Notes under the pieces: model-generated
The model's database searches: none
What the model was told of the DNA's origin: nothing
Seen by the model: the letters and a program-made list of their open reading frames with translations, nothing else
Shown here: positions 62,532 to 64,000 of the stretch, piece after piece
Layout: the number at the start of each line of letters is the position of its first letter
How positions within the stretch are numbered: the stretch's first letter is position 1
Position numbers and translations under genes: made by a program
NCBI GenBank assembly: GCA_049611445.1
Contig: JBMZAP010000001.1
Span: 15,308 to 79,307 of the forward strand
Reading direction: 5' to 3'
DNA length: 64,000 nt
DNA from: Phycisphaeraceae bacterium
Lineage (GTDB): Bacteria; Planctomycetota; Phycisphaerae; Phycisphaerales; Phycisphaeraceae

Positions 62532-63518
62532 ATGAATAGAGCTAAGACGATGAAGACCGCCGCCCCACTATTGCTGATCCTTGCCTTGCTGATCGCCCTG
62601 CCCGGTATCGCACAGGACGCCGAGACCACGAACCTGCGCCCTCAGTGGAAGGTCGGTCAGAGCGCGACGTATGACTTCTGGGGCAAGACGACAAAGCAGG
62701 AGACCGCACAGATCTTCGGGCAGGAGCAGTCTGAGACCACCACCTTCCTCAGCGAGGGGCAGATGACCTGGAAGGTTGACGCGATCAATGACGATGGCAG
62801 CGCGATCTGCACCATGGAGCTCAAGCGCATCGTCTTCACCGTCACGGCCGGCAAGAACGAGCCGATCAAGATGGACTCCGAAAACCTCTCTGGTGATCGC
62901 CCTGCCTTCGACAACCTGATGACCGCGATGACGCAGACCCCGCTGAAAGTCACCGTCGCGGCAGACGGCACGATCTCGAAAGTAGACGGCATCGATCAGT
63001 TGACCAACGCCGCTGGCAACGAAGCTCAAGAGGCTGACATCGTCCCCGAGGAACTGGACTTCAAGGAGACGGCCAGTGAACTCGCGACGCTCATCGCGGC
63101 ACCTGCCAGCGCGACGCCCGGCCAGACCTGGAATGCGACGAACACCTGGAACCATGAAGACGTCTTCCCCCAAGCGGACACCAAGGCCAAGTGGGACACC
63201 ACTTTTACTTTGGACCAGGTCGGCGTGATCGCCGGCGTCCCGATCGCGACGATCAAGACCGAGTCGGAGGTGGATATCGAAGTCGACCTCAGCAATCTGC
63301 CCGAGGGCGGACCGGACATCGACATCCAGATCAGCGACACGTCCGCCAGCGGTGAGGTGCTTTTTGATCTCTCACGATCAGAAACCGTCGCCCGCAACGA
63401 TACGATGAGCTACACCGCCGCGATCACCGTTGCCTCGCCCCGTCCCGAGTTGCCTGCCATCACGGTCAAGATCGTCGAGACGAGCCAGTCGCAAGTGTTG
63501 CGCGTGAATGAAGAATAG
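62532..63518 (+). CDS. secreted hypothetical protein
   Basis: Signal peptide MKTAAPLLLILALLIALPGIAQD. Acidic and T/S-rich with a beta-rich look. No family recognised. Confidence 0.5.
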   Translation: MNRAKTMKTAAPLLLILALLIALPGIAQDAETTNLRPQWKVGQSATYDFWGKTTKQETAQIFGQEQSETTTFLSEGQMTWKVDAINDDGSAICTMELKRIVFTVTAGKNEPIKMDSENLSGDRPAFDNLMTAMTQTPLKVTVAADGTISKVDGIDQLTNAAGNEAQEADIVPEELDFKETASELATLIAAPASATPGQTWNATNTWNHEDVFPQADTKAKWDTTFTLDQVGVIAGVPIATIKTESEVDIEVDLSNLPEGGPDIDIQISDTSASGEVLFDLSRSETVARNDTMSYTAAITVASPRPELPAITVKIVETSQSQVLRVNEE

Positions 63519-63575
63519 AGAGCAGATACTAAAGCCCACCTATGCATCGGCGGGCGTTAACAGCTCTAGAAATGC

Positions 63576-63803
63576 TCAATACGGCGTCTTGAACCCCATC
63601 GCTCGCATCACACACCATCCCGCTCGGGCCTCATAGATCCCGAATGCGCCGAAGAGGGCCAACGCAAGTACACCCGCCCAAACCCATCCGCCTGGCAGCA
63701 CCTTCAGCAGGATCAACCCCGCAAGGGCCACAGCCAGCGCTATCATGACTAATCCATAGATTAGTCGGAGCACTTTTCCTTTGGCGTCGATGTTGCACTG
63801 CAT
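63576..63803 (-). CDS. DUF2892 (YgaP-like) small two-TM protein
   Basis: 75 aa with two TM helices and a C-terminal AGWCVMRAMGF resembling the GWCP motif of DUF2892. Confidence 0.55.
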   Translation of the reverse strand: MQCNIDAKGKVLRLIYGLVMIALAVALAGLILLKVLPGGWVWAGVLALALFGAFGIYEARAGWCVMRAMGFKTPY

Positions 63804-64000
63804 AACTTGATTCTAGGCTCGTTAGAGGCGTTTTTGAAAATTATTTTAAATTGATCGTGACAAATCGCTATCTCATGCACTGATATAGATACAGGCGTTG
63901 TTTTCACGCCGGAAAGGCATACTTTGTCGCAATCGATGGACCAATCCGACCGCCGGGGCCTCGTGGCCCAGCATTGGCACGAGTGGCAGACGTCGATCCG

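Noticed and set aside
63804-64000. A/T-rich spacer, then a short open frame from ATG 63936 (MDQSDRRGLVAQHWHEWQTSI...) running off the window.
   Set aside because: Only 21 codons are visible and there is no recognisable motif. I could not place convincing -35/-10 hexamers in the spacer, so no feature is called.

Overview
About 60% GC bacterial chromosomal segment (GC judged by eye). The gene content looks like Planctomycetota: tandem DUF1559 prepilin-like proteins, a sulfatase, TAT-signal Gfo/Idh/MocA plus DUF1080, a long MoxR-DUF58-BatA/vWA operon, ankyrin, TPR and multiheme proteins. I support about 50 CDS. I recognised no rRNA, tRNA, CRISPR array, transposase or integrase. The window contains dnaA. 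A clear gene-strand switch occurs around 26-29 kb: every gene from 8.3 to 26.1 kb is on the minus strand, and genes from 29.3 to 34.2 kb are on the plus strand. The replication origin is therefore probably inside the window. Many long ORFs in the track are antisense or alternate-frame artefacts of high GC. Several listed ORFs carry spurious N-terminal extensions, which I trimmed to internal starts that abut the upstream stop codon. Most interesting observations: (1) an orphan ParA/Soj-type ATPase fused to an AMPK-beta-like (CBM48) glycogen-binding module, followed by a proline-rich partner with a degenerate P-loop-like core, a candidate glucan-granule positioning system; (2) an eight-gene MoxR-DUF58-BatA/vWA string extended by a 1248-aa membrane-anchored coiled-coil protein and three secreted proteins; (3) a low-GC island carrying a circularly permuted ATP-grasp, an alpha-E protein and a zinc-ribbon metallopeptidase, bracketed by two sensor PP2C phosphatases; (4) a eukaryote-type (GT3) glycogen synthase with a histone-H1-like lysine-rich tail; (5) a GTDC1/QTMAN-like DUF3524 glycosyltransferase; (6) a nonulosonic-acid cluster with a Maf/DUF115 protein and a doubly degenerate cytidylyltransferase/radical-SAM-like fusion. 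All functional calls rest on motif recognition by eye. No database search was run.
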